Positions 16,680-30,870 of a DNA stretch of 64,000 nt are shown piece by piece. Source of the DNA: Kofleriaceae bacterium (GTDB lineage: Bacteria; Myxococcota_A; Polyangia; Haliangiales; Haliangiaceae); contig CBDCCZ010000011.1 in assembly GCA_965215005.1 (NCBI GenBank), positions 49,652 to 113,651 of the forward strand, written 5' to 3'. Below the pieces are notes generated by a model. That model ran no database searches and was not told the DNA's origin. It saw only the letters and a list, made by a program, of their open reading frames with translations. Within the stretch, counting starts at the first letter, position 1; each line of letters starts with the position of its first letter. The position numbers and the translations under genes were made by a program.

Positions 16680-18734
16680 ATGAGCGGCGCGTCGCCAATG
16701 CGCTTTACCAACGTCGCCACGCTAGTCGATCACGTACTCGACCAGGTGGGGCAACGCATCGTTCTCGGGGTGCCGCTGGGGCTCGGAAAGCCCAATCACA
16801 TCGTCAATGAAATCTATCGGCGCGCCGCCGCGGATCCGTCAATCGAGCTCGAGATTCTCACCGCGCTCACGTTGTCGCGGCCGACCGCGGCGGGCGAGCT
16901 CGAGCGTCGTTTGCTCGAGCCCATGGCCCGACGCATCTTTGGCGACTATCCGGAGCTTGCGTATACCGAGCCGCGCATGCGCGGCCAGCTGCCGCCCAAC
17001 ATCCGCGTTGTCGAGTTCTATCTCGCACCGGGAGAGCTAACCGACGTAGCCGCGGCGCAACGCGACTACGTAAGCCTTAACTACACGCATGCAGTACGGC
17101 ATTTGCTAGAAGCTGGCGTCAACGTGGTTGCCACGTTGGTAGGTGAAGCAGACGATGTCTTCAGCTTGGGCAGCAACGCCGACTTGGTGCCTGAGCTTCT
17201 GCCCCAGCTCGCCAAGCGTCGTCGCGCCGGCGAGCGGGTCATGGTGCTGGCGCAGGTCAATCGCAATATGCCAATGATGGTCGGCGATGCGCTTCTGTCA
17301 CCCGATGCGGTCGACGCGGTTCTCGAAGGACCAGCGGCCACCTTCGAGCTGTTCGGTCCGCCCAAGCGCGCAGTCTCAGCGCAAGATTATCTCATTGGTT
17401 TGCATGCAAGTGCGCTGCTGCGAGATGGTGGCACGCTTCAGCTCGGTATCGGCTCGCTCGGCGACGCGATTACCTATGCGTTGATCCTGCGGCAACACAA
17501 GAACGCGGTGTATCGCGGCCTATTAGCAGGAACGCCTGCAATAGGTCTCATCGAGCGCATCGGGGGCCTGGGCCAGTTTCGTCGCGGCCTGTACGGCAAC
17601 ACCGAGATGTTGGTCGATGGGTTCTTGCACCTTTGGGAACAGGGCATCTTGATCCGTCGTGCGTATGCGTCGCTGGTGGTTCAAGAGCTGGTCGATGCTG
17701 GCAAGCTATCAGAGCAGGTCACGAGCGAGACGCTGCGTGTATTGAGAGACGAGGGCGTGAGCTCGCGCGAGCTGCTCATCGAGCTCGGCGTGCTGCAGGC
17801 CAGCGCCCCCGCATCGCTCGATGACGTCCGGCCCGAGCACCTGGGTGAGCGCCTGCGCGGAGTCGTCTGTCACGCCGGCTTCTTCATCGGGCCGCGCAGC
17901 ATGTATGAACGGTTGCGCACGATGAGCGCGGCGGACCGCGCGGCATTCGAGATGCGCAGAATCTCGTACGTCAACGCGCTCTATGGCGAAGAGGAACTAA
18001 AGCGCGCCCAACGCCGTCACGCGCGATTCCTCAACACGGCAATGAAGATCACGCTCGATGGCGCCGCGGCTTCGGACGCGCTCGAGGATGGTCGCGTGGT
18101 GAGCGGCGTTGGTGGTCAGCACGACTTCGTCACCATGGCCCACGCTCTCGAAGAGGGTCGCTCGATTCTCATGGTGCGCGCCGTGCGCGGTAGCGGCGAT
18201 CAAGCGCGCTCCAACATCGTCTGGCGCTACGGCACCGCGACCATTCCCCGCCACCTGCGCGACGTGGTCGTGAGTGAGTATGGCATTGCCGACTTGCGCG
18301 GAAAGACCGACCGCGAGGTCGCCGAGGCCCTAATCGCCATTGCAGACTCTCGTTTCCAGCCCCAGCTCGTCGCCGCCGCCAAAGCCGCAGACAAGCTGCC
18401 CCGAGACTGGGCAGTGCCCGATTCGCAACGACACAACCTACCCGCAAGAGTCGCCGCGACCCTCGAACGCGTCAAAGAAGCCGGCTTGTTCCCAGCATTT
18501 CCCTTCGGCACCGACCTCACCGCCGAAGAAGTGCTGCTCGCCCGCGTGCTGCCGCGTTTGCGTCACCCGCACCTGCCGAGCTTCGAGGAGCTCGGCGCCA
18601 TGCTCCTGCCCTCCGAAGCCGCCAAGCCGTACCTCGAGCGCCTCGGTCTCGCCGAGCCTTCCGGCCTCCGCGAACGCGCTTTACAGAAAGCCGTGCTCTA
18701 CGCCCTCGCCGAGGAGCTAGGCGCCAGCGACTAG
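16680..18734 (+). CDS. Acetyl-CoA hydrolase/transferase family protein
   Basis: PLGLGKPN, DGGTLQLGIGSLGDA, VVSGVGGQHDFV, TIPRHLRDVVVSEYGIADLRG. Confidence 0.92.
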   Translation: MSGASPMRFTNVATLVDHVLDQVGQRIVLGVPLGLGKPNHIVNEIYRRAAADPSIELEILTALTLSRPTAAGELERRLLEPMARRIFGDYPELAYTEPRMRGQLPPNIRVVEFYLAPGELTDVAAAQRDYVSLNYTHAVRHLLEAGVNVVATLVGEADDVFSLGSNADLVPELLPQLAKRRRAGERVMVLAQVNRNMPMMVGDALLSPDAVDAVLEGPAATFELFGPPKRAVSAQDYLIGLHASALLRDGGTLQLGIGSLGDAITYALILRQHKNAVYRGLLAGTPAIGLIERIGGLGQFRRGLYGNTEMLVDGFLHLWEQGILIRRAYASLVVQELVDAGKLSEQVTSETLRVLRDEGVSSRELLIELGVLQASAPASLDDVRPEHLGERLRGVVCHAGFFIGPRSMYERLRTMSAADRAAFEMRRISYVNALYGEEELKRAQRRHARFLNTAMKITLDGAAASDALEDGRVVSGVGGQHDFVTMAHALEEGRSILMVRAVRGSGDQARSNIVWRYGTATIPRHLRDVVVSEYGIADLRGKTDREVAEALIAIADSRFQPQLVAAAKAADKLPRDWAVPDSQRHNLPARVAATLERVKEAGLFPAFPFGTDLTAEEVLLARVLPRLRHPHLPSFEELGAMLLPSEAAKPYLERLGLAEPSGLRERALQKAVLYALAEELGASD

Positions 18735-18849
18735 CATCAACTGTATTGGGTGATTGTTGCCGTAAGTCGGTGACGCGGCAGCTGGCGCTCAGTGCTTCAT
18801 CGGGCAGTGAGATGCGCGGATTGATGCGCAGCTGCCCCGAGCCGAAGCC

Positions 18850-19968
18850 TTAGGGCTTGTCAGAGCGGTCGGGGTCGTCGTCGAGCTCGGGGGGGAGGGG
18901 CTGTTCGATGGTGTCGCCGAGGGCGTCGAATTCGTCGTCGATTTGGCGGGCGGTGCGCTGGGTGCTGCGGGCGTTGAGCTCGCGTGGGGAGACGGCAGCG
19001 TCGTCGTCGTCGTCTTCGACGATGCGCATGGGCTGAGTGGCGCGGAAGTCACCGGCGCTGAGGCGACTGGTGCCGGCGGCGGGCTTCTTGGAGGCCGGAA
19101 CGTCTTCGCCGATGTCGACTGGCAAGGTGTCGTCGCGGTCGATGGCTGCGGGGATGCCGTCGCTCATTTCGCCGTCGATGATGCTGCTCACGATGGCTTC
19201 GTCGCAGTCGAGGACGCGGGCGAGGACGCCGGTGATATTGTCGTGGCCGCCGCGTTCTTTGGCGAGCTCGATCAGCGCGTGCAAGGCTTCATCGGGCTCG
19301 CGCTCGCTGATGTAGTCGGCGAGCTCTTGCTCGCCGGGGAAGTAGTCGTGCAGTCCGTCGGAGCAGAGGAGCAGGTGGTCGCCTTTGCGCAGCTGCACGT
19401 GCGCCATCTCCACGCCGACGTCGGGGGCGACGCCGATGGCGTTGACGAGAATGGTGCGCAGCGGCGACATCTGCGCTTCTTCCGCCGACAGCTTGCCTTC
19501 GATGACCAGCACCTCGGCCACGGTGTGGTCGGTGGTGACCTGCGCGGCCTTGCCGTCGCGTATCAAATACGTGCGGCTATCGCCGACGTGAGCGATGAAG
19601 GCCTCGGCGCCGGCGATCAGCGCCACGTCGAGGGTGGTGCCCATGCCCTGTTTGTCGCTCTCGCTCGTGCCGCGGTCGAATACCGCTTGATGCGCCGCAC
19701 GCACCGCTTCTTCGAGGAGCACCACGAGCGCTTTGCGACCTTCTTCGCTTGGCTCGCTGGTAAACGCTGCAATCCTCTCGCGCGCGTCTTCGAGTGCCTC
19801 GCGCACGGTTTCCACCGCCATGGCGCTGGCGACCTCGCCGGCTGCGTGGCCTCCCATGCCATCAGCAACTACGAAGAAGACATGCGAGGCGTCGACGTGC
19901 GCTGCGTCTTCGTTGTGGTCACGCACGATGCCAACGTCGGTGAGCATCGCGGCGTGCATTTTCGTCAT
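18850..19968 (-). CDS. PP2C/PPM family Ser/Thr protein phosphatase with an acidic C-terminal tail
   Basis: [45 protein letters not shown]. True start at about 19968, not the 665-aa ORF start. Confidence 0.95.
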   Translation of the reverse strand: MTKMHAAMLTDVGIVRDHNEDAAHVDASHVFFVVADGMGGHAAGEVASAMAVETVREALEDARERIAAFTSEPSEEGRKALVVLLEEAVRAAHQAVFDRGTSESDKQGMGTTLDVALIAGAEAFIAHVGDSRTYLIRDGKAAQVTTDHTVAEVLVIEGKLSAEEAQMSPLRTILVNAIGVAPDVGVEMAHVQLRKGDHLLLCSDGLHDYFPGEQELADYISEREPDEALHALIELAKERGGHDNITGVLARVLDCDEAIVSSIIDGEMSDGIPAAIDRDDTLPVDIGEDVPASKKPAAGTSRLSAGDFRATQPMRIVEDDDDDAAVSPRELNARSTQRTARQIDDEFDALGDTIEQPLPPELDDDPDRSDKP

Positions 19969-20173
19969 CGCCGGCACTGGTGGTTTGACTTGCCCTCGAA
20001 CAGCGAAACTCTTCAATGTTTCCCACGGGCTGCGGGGGGTTGTCCACCCTTGCCGCGGCAATTGGGCAGCTGCGTCGGCCCCCGCCACTGCTGATGGTAG
20101 CCGACAAACACCACGGCGGCGCCGACGAACCGAGCGATTTTCGTTCGTGCCGCGGTAGGTGTCGGGCGTCGTG

Positions 20174-21088
20174 CTACAGCGCCAGCGCGACGGAGGTTCG
20201 ATGATCCTCGACGTGCAGCTCTGGCGGTGCTCGCCCCGCATCGGCCAATGCCCGCCCCTGGCGCTCGAGGCGCGCGCAGCCGAGGTCAACGGCCCCAGGC
20301 TCGCGATCGCTGGCGATGAAGCGCCGTCCCAGCCGCTGTGCAACCACCGCCGTGGTTCCCGAGCCAGAAAACCAATCGGCCACGAGGTCACCCGGGCCAG
20401 TCGTCGCTTTGATGATGCGTTCGAGGAGCCGTTCGGGCTTCTGGGTCGGCCACCCGATACGCTCGCTGTCGCCGCGATTGAGAAGCTCGATGTCGGTCCA
20501 CCAGTCTTCGGGAATCTTGCCGCGCGCCACCGGATAGCGATAAACCTTGCCGGTTTTGCGGTGGGTCTTCTCTTGCACCGGTTGGCCATCCTCGTCCAGC
20601 ACGACCCGCATGTGTGAGCCGCCCTTGCGCGGCACACGTACCGCGTCGGGATAGAATGCGTAGTCGGTGCTGCGGCCGTACCAGAGAATGGTGTCGTGTT
20701 TCTTGCCGAACGCGCGGCGGCTCTTGCCGCCCACCGAGTAACACCAGATGAGCTCATTGATGAAGTGCGCGCGGCCAAACAACCGGTCCAGCGCGACCTT
20801 GACGTAGTGCACCGCGCGATAGTCGAGGTGAACCAGCAAGGAGCCACTGTGGCGGAGCACGCGGCGGGTGTGCTCGAGTCGGGGCCAGAGCCACTCGACG
20901 AACGCTTCCGGATCGCTCATGCGGTCGTCGTACGCATGGGCGGATCCGCTGCGGCGGATGGTGCCGGTCGCGAACGGTGGGTCGATGTACACTAGGTCGA
21001 TGCTGGCCTCCGGCAGCTGCTCGAGGATTGGCAGGTTGTCGCCGAGCAGCAGGCGATCGGGACCTTCGAGCTCGGCTGTGCCCTCCAT
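20174..21088 (-). CDS. Orphan N6-adenine/N4-cytosine DNA methyltransferase (beta-class motif order)
   Basis: Motif IV YIDPPF precedes PTQKPERL and motif [10 protein letters not shown]; no intact restriction endonuclease adjacent. Confidence 0.93.
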   Translation of the reverse strand: MEGTAELEGPDRLLLGDNLPILEQLPEASIDLVYIDPPFATGTIRRSGSAHAYDDRMSDPEAFVEWLWPRLEHTRRVLRHSGSLLVHLDYRAVHYVKVALDRLFGRAHFINELIWCYSVGGKSRRAFGKKHDTILWYGRSTDYAFYPDAVRVPRKGGSHMRVVLDEDGQPVQEKTHRKTGKVYRYPVARGKIPEDWWTDIELLNRGDSERIGWPTQKPERLLERIIKATTGPGDLVADWFSGSGTTAVVAQRLGRRFIASDREPGAVDLGCARLERQGRALADAGRAPPELHVEDHRTSVALAL

Positions 21089-21159
21089 CGCGCCCGCAGC
21101 GCGGAATTGGATGCGCCGGTTGAGCATTGAACGCGGGCAACCTACCATCCGCCGGTGAC

Positions 21160-21474
21160 ATGCGATTTGGCCCCTGGTATCCCCTCGCCGAGTGCGCTCC
21201 GCATGCGACGGCTATCGCTGGTGTGCTCCAGCTACGCATCGCGACCGGACTCATCGATTATCCCACCGGCAAAAGCGCCATGATTCACTATCGCGCTACC
21301 CGCAACGTGCGCGCTGCCATTGCCGAGCTCGCCGCCCGTCACGTCGGGCGCTCGTGGTTGTGTCGCTTTACGATTGCGATGACGGCGAGCGAAGCTGCCG
21401 ACGTGGAGCGCGCCGCGGAAGACCTGCTCGACACCTTCACGCGCCGCTTCGGTGCGGCTCCCACGCTGCCATGA
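21160..21474 (+). CDS. Hypothetical protein, possibly a degenerate GIY-YIG-like fold
   Basis: AGVLQLR...MIHYR..RNVR...E.LL..F...FG..P spacing resembles GIY-YIG, but the catalytic residues are altered. Confidence 0.6.
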   Translation: MRFGPWYPLAECAPHATAIAGVLQLRIATGLIDYPTGKSAMIHYRATRNVRAAIAELAARHVGRSWLCRFTIAMTASEAADVERAAEDLLDTFTRRFGAAPTLP

Positions 21475-22034
21475 AGCTCATCGAATCCGATGCGGTCTCG
21501 CCGCGTGATGAGGATCCTGCTGTCGAGCGTCCGGTGCCGCCGCCGCCGGTACGGCGCCGGGTCTCGGTATCGCTTCTGTTCTCGCTATCGGTGCTCGTGG
21601 GCACGGTGGTGGCGATTTATCTGATCTTCCCGGCGCGCGACAACGTGCTCGTGACCGAGAGCGTGCGCGCGCATCGGCTCGGTCCGACCGAGGATGCACT
21701 GCGCGAGCCGACCTTTGGCGAGCTTGCGGCGTGGAGCCTGGGCTCGATGAAGCGCACGGTGCCATGGCCGCAGGTGTCGGGCGCGAGCATTGGCTGGGCG
21801 CGCAGCATCGAGGTCCTCAATCATCAGGCGTTGGCGGCTCACTATCAGCTGCCGGAAGGCGAGGTCACGGTGGTGATCGAGCGCGCACGCGATGCAGTGC
21901 CGCGTCGCTACACTCGCACCGAAGAGGAGCTCCTCATCGATTCGTGGCAGAGCGGGCGCTGGACAGTGGTTGCAGTTGGGCGCGCCGAAGGTAGCGACGT
22001 CTGGCGGCACACGCTCGGCGTACCCCGACGCTAG
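21471..22034 (+). CDS. Hypothetical single-TM membrane protein (anti-sigma-like C-terminal domain)
   Basis: ATGA overlap with the upstream gene; one TM segment (VSLLFSLSVLVGTVVAIYLIF). Confidence 0.65.
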   Translation: MKLIESDAVSPRDEDPAVERPVPPPPVRRRVSVSLLFSLSVLVGTVVAIYLIFPARDNVLVTESVRAHRLGPTEDALREPTFGELAAWSLGSMKRTVPWPQVSGASIGWARSIEVLNHQALAAHYQLPEGEVTVVIERARDAVPRRYTRTEEELLIDSWQSGRWTVVAVGRAEGSDVWRHTLGVPRR

Positions 22035-22045
22035 CGCTTACCTAT

Positions 22046-25000
22046 TCAGCGGCGGCTCAGCGCGGCGCGCAAGCGCTCGAGCAATGCCTCGCGCGCGTCA
22101 TCGAGAAGGGTATAGAAGATCGGCACCACCAGCAGCGTGAGCAGCGTAGCCGTGAGCATGCCGCCGATCAGCGTGAGCCCGAAGCTTCGATAGCTGATGC
22201 CGATGCTAGTGGGCGAGCCGACGGTGAGTGGAATCATGCCGCAGATGGTCGAGCCGGCGGTCATCATGATCGGCCGGAAGCGCCGCCTTGCGGTTAGCAG
22301 CACCGCCTCCGTGCGGTCGTGCCCGAGCTGTCGCAGTCGGTTGGCGTAATCCACGAATACGATGCCGTTATTGACCACGACACCGATCAACAAGATCACC
22401 CCAATGAAGCCGAGGAAATCGAGGTCGCGGCCAGCGAGGAAGTGCGCCCAAAGAACTCCGATGGTCGCCAGCGGAATGGTGAAGATGATCGATAGCGGCA
22501 GCACGAAGCTCTCGAACAGAAAGCCCATCAGCAAGTACACGAACAAGATTGAAATCAGGGCGGCGAACTGGAGCGATTCGATGTCCTCGTTGAGCCGAGC
22601 CGTCGCCGTGCGCTCGCCAAGCCGCACCCCCTCGGGAAGCTGCACTCCTTGCACCAGCCGCTCGATGCGCTCGCGACTCGCCTGTTCTTGCCCTTGCTCG
22701 AGGTCGAACGTGATGCGCCGGGCGATGCGCTTGTCTTCTCGGAAGATGCCTTTGGCGGCCGCCAAGTAGCGGACGTCGGTGAGCGCGGACAGCTGAACCG
22801 CCGCGCCGTCTTCGCGCGGCACCGTGAACGTGCCGAGCTCGGTGAGGCTGCGGCGATCCTTTTCTTGAAAGCGGATACGCACTGGCACCACCTTGTCGTC
22901 CCAGTGCAACCGCGGCAGTGGCTGTCCGCGGAGTCCCACGGCGACCGCACCGGCGATGAGCTGGGCACTCAGGCCTTGCCGGCTGGCGCGCTGGCGGTCG
23001 ACGATGAGTGCGACCTCGTTGGGCGCGAGGTCGGAGGTGCGCTTGACCCCGAGCACCCCGTCGAGCTTGGTGGCGAGGTCTTCGATGCGCTCGGCGAGGT
23101 GGTCGAGCACCTCGGGATCTTCCCCGCTGAGCACGACGACGTGCTCGGAAAGCTTGTCCGACTGCTTACTTCGATCCTCGCGGCCCGAGAACAGCGACAC
23201 CCCGGCGCGCTTGGGCAGCCGCTCCATCACTAGCTCGGTGACAGCGCGACGGCTGAGATTATCGCGGCCAGGAAACCAGCCCTGAATTCGGCCGCCACTG
23301 GCGGTGTGGACGATGAAGTAGCCCTCGAGATCCAGCTCTTGACGAACCTGCGCAAGCACCACCTCGACGCTGTTAAAGTAGCCCTCGGCATCTTCGAGGC
23401 TCCAGTTCGACGGCAGCTCGACGCTCATCTCGAAGTTTTGCTGATCCTCCTCGGAGATGTCGACCACGTTCAAGGTACCGGCTGGCACCGCGATGGTGAC
23501 GCCGAACAGGACGAGCAGGGCGATGGCTAGGTCGATGCGCCGGCGCAGAAAGAAGCCGAGCACCCGCTGATACGCGCGGTTGGCCGGCTGTACGGTCGCG
23601 CGATAGGCGCCGCCGAGCACGCGGTCCATGCCGGCGTGGACGCGGCGCACCAGCGGCCGCTCGCGTCTGCCTTTGGGCGCGAGCGTCAAGTACACGCACA
23701 GCGGGATGAGCATCAGCGCCACCAGCAGCGATGCTGCCAAGGAGACGGTGAGTGGAATCGCCAGCCGCAGCAGGAAGAACTGCGCGCGGCCTTCGACGAG
23801 CGCCACTGGCAGAAACACGACGATGGTGGTGAGAGTCGCCAGAGTAATCGCCAGCGCGATCTCCGAGGTGCCGCGGATGCACGCTTGCCGCGGCGTAGCC
23901 CCCTCGCGGTGCAGCCGCACGATGTTCTCGGCCACGACCACGGAGTTGTCGACCAGCAGGCCGACGCTGATGATGAGCCCCAGCAGCGAGAGGATGTTGA
24001 GCGTCTCGCCGCCGAAGTACATCACGGTGAGGGCGAGCACCATGCTCAGTGGGATCGACAGGGTGACGACTAGCGTCATGCGCAGGCGGCGCAAGAAGAA
24101 CAGCAGCACCGCGGCGGCGAGGATGGCGCCTAACTTGCCGCTATCGAGAAGGGTATCGATCGACTCTTCGATCACCTGGTGCTGCGCCAGTAAGATCGCT
24201 ACATCTGAGCCTTGCAGCTTTGGATTGGCGATAATCTCGGCGAAGGTCTTCTCTAGGCGCTCTCCAACCTCAATGGTGTTGGCTTGCCCTTCTTTGTAGA
24301 CCTCCACCGCTAGCGCCGGCTTCGAGTTGACGCGCACCCGCCAAAGCTGTTCGGGCTCGGCGTAGCGAACGGTGGCGATGTCGGCGATGCGGATGTTCGG
24401 CGCGACGTACTGGCGGCGAACGTCTTCGAGATCGTCGTAGCGCGACAGCGAGCGTAGTAGCAGCTTCTGCTCGCCGAGCCGCACCGAGCCGCTCGCGAGC
24501 GAGAAATTGTCGCCTTGCAGCTCTTGGGCGATCAGAAAGATGTTGAGCCCTGCGGCCTCCGTGCGCTCGCGGTCGAGCTCGATCAGCACTTCTTTTTCTT
24601 GCAGACCCTGCGACTGCACCGAGGCGACTCCATCGACGCGCGCAAGCGGGCGGATGATCTCGCGTTGCACGAGATTGTAGGAGTCGGTGACCAATGGATC
24701 GATCGCCACGCCAATGAGCAGGATCGGCAGGCTATCGGCGTCTTCTTTGAAGATCTGTACCGGCTGAATGTCATCGGGCATTCGCGCTTTGGCGCGCAGG
24801 ATGCGGTCACGGAGCTCGCGGTAGGCAACGTCCATGTCGGTGCCCTGCTTAAACGACAGGAACACCCGCACCCGCCCAGTGCTCGACTCGGAGTTGATGG
24901 TATCCAGGCCGCGGACGGTGGCCAGCTCTTCCTCGAGTGGGATTGCGAGCTTATCGAGAACCTCGCGTGCTGGTGAGTCGCGCCAGTTCACCGCGACGGT

Positions 25001-25149
25001 GAGGTTTGGCGACTCGAATCCGCGCGGGATGAGCTCGAGTGGAATGCCGAGGGTTGCGACGGTTCCCACCACCAAGGCGGTGAGCATGAGAACGAGCACG
25101 GTCACGCGCCGCTCGAGCGAGAAGCGCGGCAGCGCGTCCTCCCAGCGGG

Positions 25150-25153
<4 letters not shown>
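22046..25153 (-). CDS. RND efflux permease subunit (AcrB/MdtC-like)
   Basis: 1035 aa; GLLVDNSVVVAENI, GVVVNNGIVFVD, RRFRPIMMT. Confidence 0.95.
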
Positions 25154-28556
<3,403 letters not shown>

Positions 28557-28560
<4 letters not shown>

Positions 28561-29753
28561 TCGGCGGGCTCGACTGCCTCGCTAGGCTTGGCGGCGGTCG
28601 GTTTGGCGGGCTTGGCAGTTGGTTTGGCGGGCTTGGCTGGTGCGGCTTTGGGACTGGGCTCGGGCGCCTTTTGCGCCGCCGGCGCCTCCGTGACTTTCAC
28701 CTTGGCGCCGTCTTTGAGACCGACTTGGCCGGCGACCACCACGCGATCGCCAACGGCGAAGCCAGACTTTGGCTCGACGTGCAGTCGGTCGGATACCGCG
28801 GGCTCGATGGCAACTCGCTCGACGGTTCCCGAAGCCAACACTTTGAAGGCGTAGGGCTGATCGTTGTCGTAGACCAGCGCGCGCCGCGGCAGAAGCGTGG
28901 CGCGGGGCCGTTCATCGACGACGAGCTCGACGTCTACGAACATACCGGGGCGCAGGCCGCTCGCGGTGGGCACCTCGACGGTGACCTTTACCGTGCCGGT
29001 GCGCGAATCGACGACGGGCGCGATTCGCGCGACTCGGCCGTTGCTGAGCGGCTCGGTGGTACTTGGCGCGCGCAGCCTGACGTCGCTGCCGAGCGCGACC
29101 TTGCCGATGTCCTTTTCGGGAACGAACACGTTGGCGACGAGCGAGTCGAAGTCGGTGAGCTCGAGCAGCGGCTGATTGGGAGTGACGAAGTCGCCGCGCT
29201 TGACCATCCGCTGCGTCACCGTGCCGGCGATGGGTGAGCGGATGGTGGTGTAACTGAGGGCGCGAGCGGCATCGTCACGGGCGATGTTGAGGCGCTTCTG
29301 ATCAAATTCGGCGCTCTCGAGCGATTGCTCGCTGACCACGCCTTTGGTGTGTAGCGTCTGTTGCGTGGCGAGAGTGCGGTCGGCGAGCTCGAGTTCGCTC
29401 TGAGCGCGACGCAGAGCACTGCGTTGTTCGCGGTCTTCGAGCCGCAGCAGCACCGCGCCGGCAGCGACCTCATCGCCTTCTTCAAACAGCCGGCGCTCGA
29501 CCTGACCGGTGGTGCGCGCAAGAACCTGCACCGCGATCTCGGCGGCCAGCGTGGTCGAGAACTGCAGCGTCTCCTCGATAGGCCCTTCTTTAATGGTGAC
29601 GACCTCGACCGGCACCGGCGCGCTGACGCCCGCGTCGTCGGGAGGCGCTTCCTTGGCGGGAGAGCCGCCGCGGCAGCCAGACGCTGCGTAGGCAATGAGA
29701 AGAAGATACGGCAAATGGCGGTGCAGCATGATGAGACGCGTCGCGGCGAGCAA
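28557..29753 (-). CDS. RND periplasmic adaptor (MFP) lipoprotein
   Basis: Lipobox ASGC; TIRSPIAGTV, IAPVVDSRTGT, LRPGMFV; Lys/Pro/Ala repeat tail. Start may be about 29729. Confidence 0.93.
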
Positions 29754-29939
29754 GCGTGCCGCGACGACGGGTAGTGTGCCAGAGCCGAAGGCACAGGTCA
29801 GCGCACTGGCCGAAGTTTGCCAAGTGGCTATCGTGGAGGGCGTTTGACTGCTCGATCGCGCCTGAGAGGGCCTGCGGTGGCCGCGAGCTCGCTCCTGAGC
29901 CTCTGGCGGCGCCTCCGAAGAGGATGGCGACGCCTGGCG

Positions 29940-30533
29940 CTACCTGCCGCCGCTCTCGCCGCTCCTACGATGGCCGGTTGAGCTTTTCTTGGCCGCAACC
30001 GCGCCACGGCTCGCTGAGCGGGCGGGCTTACGTGAGCGGTTCGGCGGCTCGTTAGGGACGACCGGGTCCTCGGCGGCGCGTGCAAGGATGCTCGTTTCGA
30101 TCCGCGGCGGCTGTTTGCCACGAGACGCTTCCATCGCCGCCATGCTATCGAATCGAACACCGAGCTTTCCCATCGCCAGCGTCGCAATCGCGAGCCACAC
30201 GGTGCGTTGGACTTCGACGGCGCCACGCTCTTGTCGCGAAAGTGTGTCTTTGCTCATGTCGATAAGCTCTCCGGCCTGGATGAGCGTGAGCCCGATGCCC
30301 GTCTTGCGCAGCCAGCGCATCGCCTCACCGGTCATGACGCCATGGCGCGCGAGCTCTATGCACACCGCCTTCTCGATGGGCCCCATCTCATCGTAGCTGA
30401 GGAAGCTTGCGCCGCATTCAGTGCAGGTCTCAGCCTCTCGCTCGACGGCGACGGTGACACCATCGAAGTGGTACTCAGAGACGCCCGACAAGCGCTCTAA
30501 GCGCTCGCTCTTGCAGTGGGGGCACTTAGTCAT
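29940..30533 (-). CDS. MqsA-like antitoxin (YgiT-type zinc finger plus Xre HTH)
   Basis: CPHC...CTECG, then MRWLRK.GIGLTL..AGELIDMSKDTLSRQERG. Confidence 0.85.
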   Translation of the reverse strand: MTKCPHCKSERLERLSGVSEYHFDGVTVAVEREAETCTECGASFLSYDEMGPIEKAVCIELARHGVMTGEAMRWLRKTGIGLTLIQAGELIDMSKDTLSRQERGAVEVQRTVWLAIATLAMGKLGVRFDSMAAMEASRGKQPPRIETSILARAAEDPVVPNEPPNRSRKPARSASRGAVAAKKSSTGHRRSGESGGR

Positions 30534-30730
30534 GGGAGGGGGCGCTGATTGCTCTGCTGATACCGAATGCGATTACACGTGAGTAGCGCGTGGCGAATGT
30601 CCTCCCGGCTGGCGTTGCGATAGCCGGGCCCGGCGCCTTGCTGCCCGCGATCCAGTGCGTGGTGCTCGATCCTGAGGAAGCCCTTGTCGACTAATTCTTT
30701 GATGCGCGCGAGGGCTCCCGTCTCGTCCAT
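30530..30730 (-). CDS. Short DUF4258-like putative toxin, probably C-terminally truncated (66 aa)
   Basis: RIEHHALDR...DIRHALL; ATGA overlap with the antitoxin gene. Confidence 0.55.
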   Translation of the reverse strand: MDETGALARIKELVDKGFLRIEHHALDRGQQGAGPGYRNASREDIRHALLTCNRIRYQQSNQRPLP

Positions 30731-30731
30731 T

Positions 30732-30781
30732 TCGACTTTTAGTCTAATGTTCAGCGAGGGCAGGCGCCAGACAAAAGTAGA
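30732..30781. promoter_or_regulatory. Imperfect inverted repeat upstream of the TA operon (candidate antitoxin operator)
   Basis: TCGACTTTTAGTCT ... AGACAAAAGTAGA, directly abutting the toxin ATG. Confidence 0.5.
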
Positions 30782-30870
30782 CGAAAACGCGACCGCGCGG
30801 CACATGGGCGGAGTAGCAAAGGAGGGCGCTGAAACGCGTCAACAGAGGGGATAGGGGGCTCGGCACGGGG

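Noticed and set aside
18943..20094. Long alternative-frame or antisense ORFs (also 4547-5617, 4752-5717, 11301-12182, 33148-34077, 39756-40628)
   Set aside because: They overlap well-supported genes, lack recognisable motifs and are expected in high-GC DNA.
20085..20110. GCCCCCGCCACTG resembling part of a cobalamin riboswitch
   Set aside because: The upstream GGGAA/GGTG elements and a proper B12 box are missing, and it points antisense to the flanking genes.
19969..20847. N-terminal 293 aa of the 665-aa ORF upstream of PP2C
   Set aside because: It overlaps the MTase in another frame and has Arg/Ser-rich shadow composition; PP2C motifs begin at about 19968.
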